Shown here: positions 39,836-51,386 of the stretch, piece by piece
Numbering within the stretch: the stretch's first letter is position 1
Layout: each line of letters starts with the position of its first letter
Assembly (NCBI GenBank): GCA_030690985.1
Contig: JAUYFG010000312.1
Span: forward strand, 14,208-78,207
DNA: 64,000 bases
DNA from: Pseudomonadota bacterium
GTDB taxonomy: Bacteria > Pseudomonadota > Gammaproteobacteria > Burkholderiales > Thiobacillaceae
Reading direction: 5' to 3'
Program-made: the position numbers and the translations under genes
Notes under the pieces: model-generated
What the model was told of the DNA's origin: nothing
Database searches by the model: none
Seen by the model: the letters and a program-made list of their open reading frames with translations, nothing else

Positions 39836-41734
39836 TTACCCGAACAGCAGCCCATTCACCCGCTTCACAAACCCGGCCGGGTCGCTGAGCTGGCCGCCGT
39901 CGAGCAGCACGGCCTGATCCAGCAGGAGGCCGGCGAGCTCGTCGAAGCGTTCGCCTTCCTCGCTTTCCATGCGCTTCAACAGCGGATGGCCGAGGTTCAC
40001 TTCCAGGATCGGCTGGGTTTCCGGCGCGGCCTGGCCCATCTGTTTCAGCATGCGCGCCAGGTTGGCGTTCATGTCGCCTTCGTCGGCCACCAGGCAGGCG
40101 GGGGAATCGACCAGGCGGGCGGAGGCGCGGGCGTCCTTGGTGCGACCCTCCAGGGACTTCTTCAGGCGTTCCAGGAAGGGTCTGGCTTCCTCCTCGGACT
40201 TGGCCGCCGATTTTGCCAATTCAGCGGCTTCCTCGCCTTCCGTAGCAATGGCAGCCAGATCGACCTGGCCACGCGCCACCGACACCAGCGACTTGCCGTC
40301 GAACTCGAACAGGTTGGACACCACCCATTCGTCGACACGGTCAGTCAACAGCAACACTTCCACACCTTTCTTGCGGAACACTTCCAGATGCGGACTGGAT
40401 TTGGCCGCCGCCAGCGTATCGGCGGTGAGGTAATAGATCTTGTCCTGGCCTTCTTTCATGCGACCGAGATAGTCGGCCAGGCTGACGCTTTCTACATCAG
40501 TTTCCTTCTCCGCCTGGGTGGAGCGGAAGCGCAACAACTTGGCGATGCGCTCCTTGTTGGCCGGGTCTTCGCCGACGCCTTCCTTCAACACCTTGCCGAA
40601 GTGTTCCCAGACTTTCGCGTAGGCGTCTTTTGGGTACTCCTCCTTGCGGTTCTCGGCAATCTCGTCGAGCAGGTCCAGGGTCTTGCGCACGCAGCCGTTG
40701 CGGATCATTTCCATGTCGCGCGTCTCTTGCAGGATTTCCCGCGAGACGTTGAGCGGCAGATCGGCGGCGTCGATCACACCGCGAATGAAGCGGAGATAGG
40801 CCGGCATCAGCTTCTTCGCGTCTTCCATGATGAACACGCGCTTCACATACAGCTTGACCCCGGTCTTGACGTCGCGGTCCCACAGGTCGAAGGGGGCGTG
40901 CGCCGGCAGGTAGAGCAACGCGGTGTAGTCCTGGCGGCCTTCCACCTTGACGTGAACCCAGGCCAGCGGGTCTTCGTAGTCATGGCCGACGTGCTTGTAG
41001 AAGGCCTTGTATTCGTCTTCCGTGATGTCGCTTTTTGGCCGCGCCCACAGGGCGTTGGCGCGATTGACCGCCTCGGCCTCACCCTTCTCGTCGGTGAATT
41101 CCACCGGAATGGCGATGTGGTCGGAGTATTCGCGGATCACCGATTTGACCCGCCAGTCGTCGAGGAACTCGGCTTCGTCGTCCTTCAGGTGCAGGACGAT
41201 CTCGGTGCCGCGCTCGACCTTTTCCACGGTTTCCAGGGTGTATTCGCCGGCGCCTTCCGACTCCCAACGCACCCCGTGTTCCTGGGTCAGGCCGGCGCGG
41301 CGGGTGGTCAACGTGACCCGGTCGGCGACGATGAAGCTGGAGTAAAAGCCGACGCCGAACTGGCCGATGAGTTGGGTGTCCTTTTTCTGGTCGCCACTGA
41401 GTTTGCTGAAAAACTCCTTGGTACCGGACTTGGCGATGGTGCCGATGTGCTCGATCACTTCCTGGCGGTTCATGCCGATGCCGTTGTCGCGCACGGTGAT
41501 GGTTTTGGCTTCCTTGTCGACGCTGACCTTGATCTTCAGTTCGGCAGCGTTCTCGAACAGCGCCGGATCGGAAAGCGCCTCGAAACGGAGCTTGTCGGCG
41601 GCATCACTGGCGTTGGAAATCAGCTCACGCAGGAAGATTTCCTTGTGGCTGTACAGCGAGTGAATCATGAGGTGCAGCAGTTGCTTCACCTCGGCCTGGA
41701 ATCCCAACGTCTCTTTGGCAACGGTCTCGGTCAT
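39836..41734 (-). CDS. htpG: Molecular chaperone HtpG (Hsp90)
   Basis: [45 protein letters not shown]. Start at MTETVAKE. Confidence 0.95.
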   Translation of the reverse strand: MTETVAKETLGFQAEVKQLLHLMIHSLYSHKEIFLRELISNASDAADKLRFEALSDPALFENAAELKIKVSVDKEAKTITVRDNGIGMNRQEVIEHIGTIAKSGTKEFFSKLSGDQKKDTQLIGQFGVGFYSSFIVADRVTLTTRRAGLTQEHGVRWESEGAGEYTLETVEKVERGTEIVLHLKDDEAEFLDDWRVKSVIREYSDHIAIPVEFTDEKGEAEAVNRANALWARPKSDITEDEYKAFYKHVGHDYEDPLAWVHVKVEGRQDYTALLYLPAHAPFDLWDRDVKTGVKLYVKRVFIMEDAKKLMPAYLRFIRGVIDAADLPLNVSREILQETRDMEMIRNGCVRKTLDLLDEIAENRKEEYPKDAYAKVWEHFGKVLKEGVGEDPANKERIAKLLRFRSTQAEKETDVESVSLADYLGRMKEGQDKIYYLTADTLAAAKSSPHLEVFRKKGVEVLLLTDRVDEWVVSNLFEFDGKSLVSVARGQVDLAAIATEGEEAAELAKSAAKSEEEARPFLERLKKSLEGRTKDARASARLVDSPACLVADEGDMNANLARMLKQMGQAAPETQPILEVNLGHPLLKRMESEEGERFDELAGLLLDQAVLLDGGQLSDPAGFVKRVNGLLFG

Positions 41735-41803
41735 GGCGGGCATCTCCCTTGTTGAAAACAGGGGGATAGATGGGGCGGATGGGCCAGGGTTCAAGAGGTA
41801 GGC

Positions 41804-41876
41804 GTAGGTTGGGCAAAGCGAAGCGTGCCCAACGAACCGCCGCGATGTTGGGCACGCTTCGCTTTGCCCAACCTAC
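41804..41876. repeat. REP palindrome (GTAGGTTGGGCAAAGCG family)
   Basis: GTAGGTTGGGCAAAGCGAAGCGTGCCCAAC...GTTGGGCACGCTTCGCTTTGCCCAACCTAC; nearly identical to 48224-48296. Confidence 0.85.
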
Positions 41877-44677
41877 AGCAACTCCGGCTCCGGCCTTCCG
41901 ATCAGATAGCCCTGCGCATAGTCGACACCGATCTCGCGCAGGATGGCCAGGGTGGCTTCATCCTCGACGAATTCCGCGACTGTGGTCTTGCCGTAGCCAC
42001 GCACGGCGTCAGTCAGCGCCCGCACGAACACCACGTCGTCCGGATTGGTGGTGAGGCCTTTGATGAAGGAGCCGTCGATCTTGACGAAATCCACCGGCAG
42101 TTCCTTGAGGTATTGAAACGAGCTGTAGCCGACGCCGAAGTCGTCCAGACCGAAGGCGCAGCCAAGACCACGGAACTTGGCCATGATCCGGATCGCGCCC
42201 TTGAAATTGGCCAGCGCGGCGGTTTCCGTTATTTCCAGCAGCAGACGATCACCCGCGACAAGGTGCCGATCGAGCAGGGATTGCAGCAGTTCGAATGCGA
42301 AATCGTCATCGAAGCTGCGGCTGGACAGGTTGAGCGCCACCTTCAGCGACGGGTCATTCACCGCCACAAAAGCCACCACGGCCTGCATCACCCAATGGTC
42401 GACGCGGCGAATCAGGCCGGTACTCTCGGCCACATCGATAAACATTCCGGGCGGGGTCAGGCTGCCATCGCGGTTGCGCAAGCGCAGCAAGGCTTCGTAA
42501 TGGCTGATCCGCCCGGAAGTGATGTGCTGAATCGGCTGGAAATGCATCACGAAACGATTTTCCTCCAGCGCCTGCTCGACTTGTTCGCGCCAGTGGGCGC
42601 GCCGGCTGGCCACCTCCTTGTAGGGGTCGTCGGCGTTATAGAGATGCCAGGAACCATGCCCCTTGGCGCGCGCCTGGGACAGCGCGACATCGGCGTTGCC
42701 GAGGAGCACGTCGGCGCTGTCGCCCTGCTCGGGATAGGAGACGACGCCCACGCTGACCGACAGGCGGCGGCTATTGGCCTCCGTATCCCGGTGCAAGCGA
42801 AGCAGGCCCTGATTGATGTTGCGCGCCAGGACAATCGCCTCGGCCGAGGTCAACCCAGGAAAGACGCAGGCAAAATCATCACCACCCAGACGCGCGGCCA
42901 GTGCCGGGGCCGGGGACAAGCCCTGCAACAAGCGGGCAACCTGGAACAGCACGGCATCGCCTGCCTCCTGCCCGCCGGCCTCGTTCACCGACTTGAAATC
43001 ATCGATATCGCACAGCAGCAGGATGCCGTGCTCTCCCACACCATGTCGCAGCTCCAGTTCCCGGCTGAAGGCGCGCCGGTTGTACATGCCGGTGATGACA
43101 TCGTGATCGGCCAGCAGGGCAAGCCGCTGCTCCATCTGTTTGTGATCGGTGACATCCAGTCCGACCGAGAGATAGGCCGTCTCGCCATCCACTTCGTCGA
43201 GGCGGGAATGCAGCCAGACCACCTCGCGTTCGCCGCCATCCGCACAGTCGAGCGTGCCCTCCCCCTGGAGCGACATGCCGATATCGAGCCGCGCCAGACT
43301 GTCCAGGTAGTTGGCGCGTTGTGCCGGTTTCATGAAGGTGTCGGAAAAGGTCGCGCCGATGACCGAGCGTGCGGCATACCCGGCGGCGCGAATGGCATGG
43401 GCGTTGGCCAGGCGGATCCGGCCGTTCGCGGCATAAGTCAGGATCAGCACCGGTGCCGTATCGAGCAGGCCTGCCACGAAATCGCGCTCGTGTTCGAGCT
43501 GGGCGGCCTGTGCCTGGAGTGAAGCGGCATGATGCCGGGACTGCGCCTGCAGGCGTTCCAGGGTATTGGCCAGGGCATAGGTCAGACGTCCGAGATCATC
43601 CACCTCGTCGCGAAACAATCGGCTCTTGCGGCCATGAAAAGCGCCCCGCGCTTCCGCGAACAAGCCGACGCCCAACAAAGGCAAGGCGCGCACGGCCTGC
43701 TTGATGCGATTCATGCTGGGACGCAGCAGCAAATACAGGATGAGCAGGGCCGACAACAAGATGGCGCCACCCAGCAAGAGGCTGTTCCAGACGGCCTCGC
43801 GCATTTGCCGGGCAATGGCGGTGCTGTCGTGCATGACCAGGAAACGGGCCTTGTCCCCGCCTGCGGTGGGCGCGTGGAATTGGAACAACTGGAACAGGCG
43901 ATCACCTCGTTCCAGTGCGAATCCCGCTCCCTGGCGTTCTTCCGGACGAATGGAGCGCAATATTTCTTCGTATTTGGCCCCGCCACTGACGGAAAGCAGA
44001 CGTCCGCCGAGCACCTCGGGCTGGGTTCCATCACTGCCCGAAAGGTTACCCAGCAAGGCCAGTTCCATACCGGAGAGGCTGCGAAAATCCATGATCAGAT
44101 CCTGCAAACCCGCCGCCAGCACCACGGCCCCCACTGCCTGACCGCGCTCCACCAGGGGCACGGCGGCGGTGTAATAACAGGTGGTCGTGCAATCCAGGCC
44201 ATACGCCGGCAATTCACGGCGCCCGGCTTCCAGGGCCAGGCTCCTGATGGCGTTGTCGCCAGTGGACACCCCCCAGTCGCCCAGACTGCGGCCCTCCGGT
44301 GTAAAAAACACCACGCGATCAAGGCCATGGGTCAGGTTGAGTTCGGACCAGAACGACAGAAATACCCGTTGCAGCGCCGCCGAGTCACCCTCACGCAGCG
44401 CGCGGCGTACTCCGGGCAAATCAGCCACCAGGGTGGCAAGCGATTGCAGGCGGGCGGATTGGTGCGCGAACAGGCGTGCGGCCAGATCCTGGCTCTGCTG
44501 GCGCTGCTGGAGCCACGCCTGTTCCCGCAGATGGTCGAAATGGCGCAGTTGCAGCCAGGTGAAGACGGTGGCGGTCAGGACCAGGGTGAGGCCGGCAAGC
44601 AGGATGATCTGGCCGCGAATACCCAAAAAGAACGGCAGCACGTTCCTGCCGTCGTGGTGATCGGTTTGCCTGGGCAT
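41873..44677 (-). CDS. Membrane sensor protein with periplasmic domain, HAMP, PAS, degenerate GGDEF (GGDDF) and EAL
   Basis: Two TM segments flank a ~330-aa periplasmic region. The GGDEF-domain motif reads RLGGDDF. EAL-domain motifs are intact (YEALLR, DDFGVGYSS, KIDGSF, QGYLIGRP). Start at MPRQTDHH. Confidence 0.8.
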   Translation of the reverse strand: MPRQTDHHDGRNVLPFFLGIRGQIILLAGLTLVLTATVFTWLQLRHFDHLREQAWLQQRQQSQDLAARLFAHQSARLQSLATLVADLPGVRRALREGDSAALQRVFLSFWSELNLTHGLDRVVFFTPEGRSLGDWGVSTGDNAIRSLALEAGRRELPAYGLDCTTTCYYTAAVPLVERGQAVGAVVLAAGLQDLIMDFRSLSGMELALLGNLSGSDGTQPEVLGGRLLSVSGGAKYEEILRSIRPEERQGAGFALERGDRLFQLFQFHAPTAGGDKARFLVMHDSTAIARQMREAVWNSLLLGGAILLSALLILYLLLRPSMNRIKQAVRALPLLGVGLFAEARGAFHGRKSRLFRDEVDDLGRLTYALANTLERLQAQSRHHAASLQAQAAQLEHERDFVAGLLDTAPVLILTYAANGRIRLANAHAIRAAGYAARSVIGATFSDTFMKPAQRANYLDSLARLDIGMSLQGEGTLDCADGGEREVVWLHSRLDEVDGETAYLSVGLDVTDHKQMEQRLALLADHDVITGMYNRRAFSRELELRHGVGEHGILLLCDIDDFKSVNEAGGQEAGDAVLFQVARLLQGLSPAPALAARLGGDDFACVFPGLTSAEAIVLARNINQGLLRLHRDTEANSRRLSVSVGVVSYPEQGDSADVLLGNADVALSQARAKGHGSWHLYNADDPYKEVASRRAHWREQVEQALEENRFVMHFQPIQHITSGRISHYEALLRLRNRDGSLTPPGMFIDVAESTGLIRRVDHWVMQAVVAFVAVNDPSLKVALNLSSRSFDDDFAFELLQSLLDRHLVAGDRLLLEITETAALANFKGAIRIMAKFRGLGCAFGLDDFGVGYSSFQYLKELPVDFVKIDGSFIKGLTTNPDDVVFVRALTDAVRGYGKTTVAEFVEDEATLAILREIGVDYAQGYLIGRPEPELL

Positions 44678-44690
44678 GGGTTTGAAAATC

Positions 44691-45917
44691 TCAGAAAGAC
44701 CAGGCGCCTTGCAGCAGCAACATATCCCACCTTTGTTTGGCAGCCGCGACCGGAGTGTCCGTCGGCGACAGCCAGGCCGTGCCGTCGACATGGTGCCATT
44801 CGCCCGACCAGGACCAGCGACCCAGGTCGCGGCGCACGCCGAGCGCCCAATCCTTGGCGAAACGCACACGGGCGGGAATCTGAGCCGGGGCGGGAAGCCC
44901 CGATTGTGACGCGACAAAAGCGCTGCCGTCGCGATCATCCTTGTCGAGATAGAACGCGTCGTAGCGCAGGAAGACCTGCCAGCCGCTGCCGAAGCGACGA
45001 GTGGCCTGGAGGTACCAGGACTCGGTGGTGTTGTCCTGTTCCACCAAGGGGATGCTATAGCCCTGGCTGTGCACGGCGGTTTGCGAATACTCGCCGGTCA
45101 ACGACCAGTTTTCCGTGTTGTGTTCCAGGGAAAGCCCCCAGGTAGGGAGACGGGTGGAACCGGAGGTAAACGGGATGGTTTCCGCTCCGCGTTGATATTT
45201 CATGGACACCTGGCTCAACGTCACCCCACCGCGCCAGCGTCCGCCCTCGCTCTCCAGCATCGCCTGGGCGAACCAGGAGTCCTTGCCGTGGAAGGTGCCG
45301 CGCGCTTTGTCACCCAGCATGAACCAGGTGAGATCGGGATCATCCAGTTCCGGCCGCACACCACTGATCTGCCAGGCCAGATTGCCGCTGCTGTAATCGT
45401 GGTTCCCGTATAGCGAGATGCCCGGGGCCGCCAGGAAGGAATTGCGTATCCGATCCAGGTAGATGGATTGCGGCATGATGATGCCCGGCCGGGTCTGCGC
45501 CACATCGCGGGTGGTATTGAAAAAACCGACCGGGTTCTTGATCTTGCCCAGACGCACCCCCAGCGACGAAGCATCGCCGGTCATCAGGGTGCGATCGACG
45601 AAGCCGTAGTCCAGACGTAAATCACCGACATCCGACTGGCCCGCCCAACGCGCCAGCACCTGCCCGGAAAGCAGCCAGTCGGCATCGGGCCGCCAGGACA
45701 GATTGCCGCCGATTTCCCGCATATCAGTCGCTATCCCGTCGTCGCTATTGCCGCCGACGCGGTTGTCGCTGGTATGCACCAGTGACTGGCTGACAAAGCC
45801 GTGTGCTTGCACGCCCTGGCCCAGTTCGACCGCCTCGGCGGGTGACATCGGCAGCGTCAGCGCGGCAACGAGGAAAAGGACGGACTTATTCGACATCAAT
45901 GCTCTTGACCGGATCAT
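44691..45917 (-). CDS. Predicted outer-membrane beta-barrel protein, function unknown
   Basis: Signal peptide ending AEA, alternating amphipathic strands, and a C-terminal ...LLLQGAWSF typical of OMP insertion signals. The start may be ATG 45896. Confidence 0.6.
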   Translation of the reverse strand: MIRSRALMSNKSVLFLVAALTLPMSPAEAVELGQGVQAHGFVSQSLVHTSDNRVGGNSDDGIATDMREIGGNLSWRPDADWLLSGQVLARWAGQSDVGDLRLDYGFVDRTLMTGDASSLGVRLGKIKNPVGFFNTTRDVAQTRPGIIMPQSIYLDRIRNSFLAAPGISLYGNHDYSSGNLAWQISGVRPELDDPDLTWFMLGDKARGTFHGKDSWFAQAMLESEGGRWRGGVTLSQVSMKYQRGAETIPFTSGSTRLPTWGLSLEHNTENWSLTGEYSQTAVHSQGYSIPLVEQDNTTESWYLQATRRFGSGWQVFLRYDAFYLDKDDRDGSAFVASQSGLPAPAQIPARVRFAKDWALGVRRDLGRWSWSGEWHHVDGTAWLSPTDTPVAAAKQRWDMLLLQGAWSF

Positions 45918-46293
45918 TTGCTTTCACCTTCCTGACATATCCCAGAGCGCCGGGGGTCGTCGCCACCCGGCTGATCATTTCTTCTTCCGTGGCCACTTCT
46001 ATGGGTGCCTGCGCCATCCCCGAATAAACCAGACGGTCCCAGGCCTGGCGCAATTGATAGGGGTAAGAATTGAGTTCTTCCTTGCACAGCGCGACATGGA
46101 CGGGATGCCCATCCGGCAACACGAACACGCGCACCGGTCGGCCATCCGGCCACTTGGTCAGGCGCAGGCCGAACAGGGCACGCGCGGAGGCCTGTGCCAG
46201 GCTGGTGGTGGCCACGCCGCGATTGACGACGACCTCGACCGCCATGGCCTGTAGCGAGAAACCCATCAAAAGGAACCAGCCGTACAGCCGCAT
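45886..46293 (-). CDS. Small periplasmic PBP-like (phosphate-binding-fold) protein
   Basis: 135 aa with a signal peptide. Resembles half of a PstS-like periplasmic binding domain (GALGYV near the C-terminus). First gene of a three-gene operon. Confidence 0.5.
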   Translation of the reverse strand: MRLYGWFLLMGFSLQAMAVEVVVNRGVATTSLAQASARALFGLRLTKWPDGRPVRVFVLPDGHPVHVALCKEELNSYPYQLRQAWDRLVYSGMAQAPIEVATEEEMISRVATTPGALGYVRKVKANDPVKSIDVE

Positions 46294-46338
46294 CCAACCA
46301 TCCCCAATCTTATTAATCCGGGCGCCGCAGCGGCGCCG

Positions 46339-47576
<1,238 letters not shown>

Positions 47577-47660
47577 ATAAGCAAATGGCGGGAGGTTCGC
47601 GGGAGAGGGATAAAAGGCGCGCTATCATAGCGTGCAACCCCTTTCCCCGTCATAAATGCG

Positions 47661-48095
47661 ATGGCAAACACCGAGCAACTCAAGCACAGCGGCCTCAAGG
47701 TCACCGGCCCACGACTCAAAATCCTCGGCCTGTTCGAGGCCGCCGACCAACGCCATCTCACCGCCGACGATGTCTATCGCATGTTGCTGAGCGAGCATAT
47801 CGACGTCGGCCTGGCCACGGTTTACCGGGTGCTGACCCAGTTCGAGCAGGCCGGCATCCTGATCCGCCACCACTTCGACAACGACAAGGCGGTCTACGAA
47901 CTCAACCTGGGCGGCCATCACGACCATCTGCTGTGCATGCAGTGCGGCCGCGTGGAAGAGTTCTACGACCCGGAAATCGAGGCGCGCCAGCGCGCCATCG
48001 CCGCCGAGCGCGGTTTCAAGCTGGCCGAACATGCGCTGCATCTCTATGTCGAATGCGTGAAGGAAGGCTGTCCGCACCGCGCCAAGCCGCGCTAG
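47661..48095 (+). CDS. fur: Ferric uptake regulator
   Basis: LKVTGPRLKIL..., HHDHLLCMQCGRVEEF. Confidence 0.95.
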   Translation: MANTEQLKHSGLKVTGPRLKILGLFEAADQRHLTADDVYRMLLSEHIDVGLATVYRVLTQFEQAGILIRHHFDNDKAVYELNLGGHHDHLLCMQCGRVEEFYDPEIEARQRAIAAERGFKLAEHALHLYVECVKEGCPHRAKPR

Positions 48096-48223
48096 CAGCC
48101 TGTCGGACTTTGGGCGCCGATAGCGAAAATCGGCCCCGTCGAGATCAGTTTTTGCCAGTTTCGCCGGGGAATAGTCGAACCGTGCTTATCCGGTTAACAC
48201 ACCCACCCACTACCGGTAGTGAC

Positions 48224-48296
48224 GTAGGTTGGGCAAAGCGAAGCGTGCCCAACGAACCGTCGCGCTGTTGGGCACGCTTCGCTTTGCCCAACCTAC
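48224..48296. repeat. REP palindrome (GTAGGTTGGGCAAAGCG family)
   Basis: Arms as in 41804-41876; only loop bases differ. Confidence 0.85.
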
Positions 48297-48446
48297 GGCG
48301 CTGTGGGGCCTTGGTCGTCGATAGTGAGATGGGCCGTCGCGGTCGGTTCACAGCCGACGCTTCACAAGTCCGACAGGCTACTGGGACTGACCTCGCATTC
48401 CGCTAGAATCCCCCCCCGTCTCTCAATGTTTCATCAAGGAAACCTC

Positions 48447-48653
48447 ATGGCCCGCGTTACCGTCGACGATTGCATCAAGTACATCCCCAACCGTTTCGAA
48501 ATGACCCTGACCGCCGCCTACCGCGCACGCCAGATTTCCACCGGCTCCACCCCGCGTGTGGAGGCCAACAATGACAAGCCCGCCGTGCTCGCCCTGCGCG
48601 AAATCGCGGCGGGCCTGACCGGTGTGGAAGTGCTGAAGAAACAGCACGGCTGA
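48447..48653 (+). CDS. rpoZ: DNA-directed RNA polymerase omega subunit
   Basis: [30 protein letters not shown]. Confidence 0.95.
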   Translation: MARVTVDDCIKYIPNRFEMTLTAAYRARQISTGSTPRVEANNDKPAVLALREIAAGLTGVEVLKKQHG

Positions 48654-48694
48654 GGCAGTTGACGATAAGGCAGTTGACGATAAGGCAGCGGGCG

Positions 48695-50881
48695 ATGAAA
48701 GCGGCGGCGAGTGTGGAACGGCCCCCCCCCGAGGCCTCCATCCCGGGCATCACTCCCGATGCCGCCCCTCCTGCCTGCATCGCCTACCTGAAAGACACCG
48801 ACGTCGCGGCGTTCCAACGCGCCTACCAATTTGCCGAGCGCGCTCACAGCGGCCAGCTCCGCAAGGACGGCAAGCCGTACATCACCCACCCCCTGGCGGT
48901 GGCGGAAATCCTGGCCGAATGGCAACTCGACGCGCAGACCCTGATCGCCGCCCTGTTGCATGACGTGGTGGAAGATACCGGCGTCAGCACCAGCGAGATT
49001 GCCCAGGAATTCGGCAAGGCGGTGGCAGGACTGGTGGATGGTGTCACCAAGCTGGACAAGATCCAGTTCGAAAACAAGGCGCAGGCGCAGGCCGAGAATT
49101 TCCGCAAGATGCTGCTGGCGATGGCGCGCGATGTCCGCGTCATCCTGATCAAGCTGGCCGACCGCCTGCACAACATGCGCACCCTGGACGCGATGCGTCC
49201 GGACCAGCAGGGCCGCATCGCCCAGGAAACCCTGGACATCTATGCGCCCATCGCCAACCGGCTGGGGCTCAACCACCTGTATCAGGAACTGGAAGACCTG
49301 GCCTTCCAGCATCTGCACCCGAACCGCTACAAAGTCATCGAAAAAGCCGTGAAGGCGGCGCGCGGCAACCGCAGCGAAGTGGTGGACAAGATCCGCGCGG
49401 CGATCGAGGCCAAGCTTGCCACCTGCCAGATACCCGCCCACATCTATGGGCGCGAGAAACACCTCTACAGCGTCTACCGCAAGATGCAGGAAAAGCATCT
49501 GGCCTTTTCCGAGGTGTTCGACATCTACGGCTTCCGCGTCATCGTCGAGGACGCGCGTGCCTGCTACGTGGCCCTGGGCGCCCTGCACGCCCTGTACAAA
49601 CCCATTCCGGGCAAATTCAAGGACTATCTCGCCATTCCCAAGCCGAATGGCTACCAGTCCCTGCACACCACCTTGTTCGGGCCATTCGGGGCGCCGGTGG
49701 AAGTGCAGATCCGCACCCAGGAGATGCACCGCATCGCCGAAGCCGGCGTCGCTTCGCACTGGCTTTACAAGGCCGGCGAAAACACCATTTCGGAACTGCA
49801 AATCCAGACCAATCAGTGGCTGCAAAGCCTGCTCGACATCCAGGCCGACAGCCGTGATTCGGTGGAATTCCTGGAACACATCAAGTTCGACCTGTTCCCC
49901 GACGAGGTCTACGTATTCACGCCCAAGGGCCGCATCGTCGCCCTGCCACGCGGTGCCACGGCGGTCGATTTCGCCTACAGCGTGCATTCGGACGTGGGCA
50001 ACCATTGCGTCGGCGTCAAGATCAACGGCGAGTTCATGCCCCTGTCCACCCCGCTCAAGAATGGCGACCGGGTCGAGGTACTGACTTCGGAATCCGCCCG
50101 CCCCAACCCGGCCTGGGCCCATTTCGCCATTACCGGCAAGGCGCGCGCCCATATCCGCAGCGCGCTCAAGAGCACCCATCGGCACGAATCCATCCTCCTC
50201 GGCGAGCGACTGCTCGACCAGGCTGTGCGCGCTCTGGGTAGCGAACCGGACAGCCTGGGTACGGCGCAATGGGAGCGTTTCCAGAAGGAAAACGGTCGTG
50301 ACCGCGATGACACCCTGGCCGACATCGGCCTGGGCAAGCGGCTCGCCTTCGTGGTCGCACGACAAGTGCTGGCCAAGGAAGCCGATGCGCTGCTCGGCAA
50401 GAGTACCGGCCCCATGCCCATCCGTGGCGCCGAAGGGGTGGTGGTACGCCTGGGCAAATGCTGTCGGCCGATTCCCGGCGACCCCATCATCGGCCAGATC
50501 AAGAAAGAGCAAGGCCTGATCATCCACACCCACGACTGCCCGCAAGTACGGCATTACCGTGAAGATCCGGACAAATGGGTGGATGTGGCCTGGGCAGCAC
50601 AACTCGACAAGCTGTTCGAAGTCGGCATCCGCATCATCGTCGCCAACCAGCGCGGCGTGCTGGCCAAGGTCGCCGCCGCCATCGCCTCGGAAGGTGCCGA
50701 CATCGACAACGTGCGCATGGAAGAAGAAGCCGATGCCTATACCAGCCTGTATTTCACCGTCAGCGTGCAGAACCGCCTGCACCTCGCCCGCCTCATGCGC
50801 GCCCTGCGCAGCCTCCATGAAGTGATACGCATCCAGCGCATGAAGGGCAAAGGCGAGGAACGCGGGGTCAATGTCGTATGA
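48695..50881 (+). CDS. spoT: Bifunctional (p)ppGpp synthetase/hydrolase SpoT/RelA-family
   Basis: HD hydrolase motifs (HPLAVA..., HDVVEDT), synthetase domain, TGS and ACT regions. ATG at 48695; the tracked start at 48659 is TTG and lies inside a 15-bp direct repeat. Confidence 0.9.
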   Translation: MKAAASVERPPPEASIPGITPDAAPPACIAYLKDTDVAAFQRAYQFAERAHSGQLRKDGKPYITHPLAVAEILAEWQLDAQTLIAALLHDVVEDTGVSTSEIAQEFGKAVAGLVDGVTKLDKIQFENKAQAQAENFRKMLLAMARDVRVILIKLADRLHNMRTLDAMRPDQQGRIAQETLDIYAPIANRLGLNHLYQELEDLAFQHLHPNRYKVIEKAVKAARGNRSEVVDKIRAAIEAKLATCQIPAHIYGREKHLYSVYRKMQEKHLAFSEVFDIYGFRVIVEDARACYVALGALHALYKPIPGKFKDYLAIPKPNGYQSLHTTLFGPFGAPVEVQIRTQEMHRIAEAGVASHWLYKAGENTISELQIQTNQWLQSLLDIQADSRDSVEFLEHIKFDLFPDEVYVFTPKGRIVALPRGATAVDFAYSVHSDVGNHCVGVKINGEFMPLSTPLKNGDRVEVLTSESARPNPAWAHFAITGKARAHIRSALKSTHRHESILLGERLLDQAVRALGSEPDSLGTAQWERFQKENGRDRDDTLADIGLGKRLAFVVARQVLAKEADALLGKSTGPMPIRGAEGVVVRLGKCCRPIPGDPIIGQIKKEQGLIIHTHDCPQVRHYREDPDKWVDVAWAAQLDKLFEVGIRIIVANQRGVLAKVAAAIASEGADIDNVRMEEEADAYTSLYFTVSVQNRLHLARLMRALRSLHEVIRIQRMKGKGEERGVNVV

Positions 50882-50897
50882 CCCCTGATTTTCATGC

Positions 50898-50978
50898 GTA
50901 GGATGTGGTGAGCGCAGCGAACCGCAACGACCTGGCACGCGCCGCATGATGCGGTTCGCTGCGCTCACCACATCCTAC
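50898..50978. repeat. REP palindrome (GTAGGATGTGGTGAGCG family)
   Basis: GTAGGATGTGGTGAGCGCAGCGAACCGCA...TGCGGTTCGCTGCGCTCACCACATCCTAC. Confidence 0.85.
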
Positions 50979-51002
50979 GTTCCTTACCCCTCACGCCTCC
51001 CC

Positions 51003-51386
51003 ATGACCATGACCAAGACCATCATCGCCACCCCCTCCGCGCCCGCCGCCATCGGCACCTACTCCCAGGCCGTCAAGGTGGGGAATACCGTCTACCTCTC
51101 CGGCCAGATCGGCCTTGATCCGGTCAGTATGCAACTGGTGGAGGGCATCGAAGCGCAGATTCACCAGGTGTTCGGCAACCTGGGCGCCGTCGCGATCGCC
51201 TCTGGCGGCACGCTCGCCGATGTGGTCAAGCTCAACCTCTTCCTGACCGACCTCGGCCATTTCGCCAAGGTCAACGAAATCATGGCGCAGTACTTCGTCC
51301 AGCCCTACCCGGCACGCGCCGCCGTCGGCGTCGCCAGCCTGCCGCGCGCCGCGCTGGTGGAAGCGGACGCGGTGATGGCCCTCTGA
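51003..51386 (+). CDS. ridA: RidA/YjgF-family reactive-intermediate deaminase
   Basis: [12 protein letters not shown]...[11 protein letters not shown]...[17 protein letters not shown]. Confidence 0.9.
   Translation: MTMTKTIIATPSAPAAIGTYSQAVKVGNTVYLSGQIGLDPVSMQLVEGIEAQIHQVFGNLGAVAIASGGTLADVVKLNLFLTDLGHFAKVNEIMAQYFVQPYPARAAVGVASLPRAALVEADAVMAL

Noticed and set aside
39986-45145. Long plus-strand ORFs (39986-41755, 41825-43522, 43529-45145)
   Set aside because: They are antisense to htpG, the GGDDF-EAL sensor and the OMP gene. Their composition is low-complexity and Arg/Gly/His-rich, typical of shadow frames.
47577-47660. Possible Fur box in the bamE-fur divergent region (CTATCATAG)
   Set aside because: It is only a short palindrome with a poor match to the 19-bp GATAATGATAATCATTATC consensus.
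48518-50971. 817-aa ORF on the minus strand
   Set aside because: It is antisense to spoT, which has clear HD, synthetase, TGS and ACT motifs. The ends of this ORF run through REP sequence.
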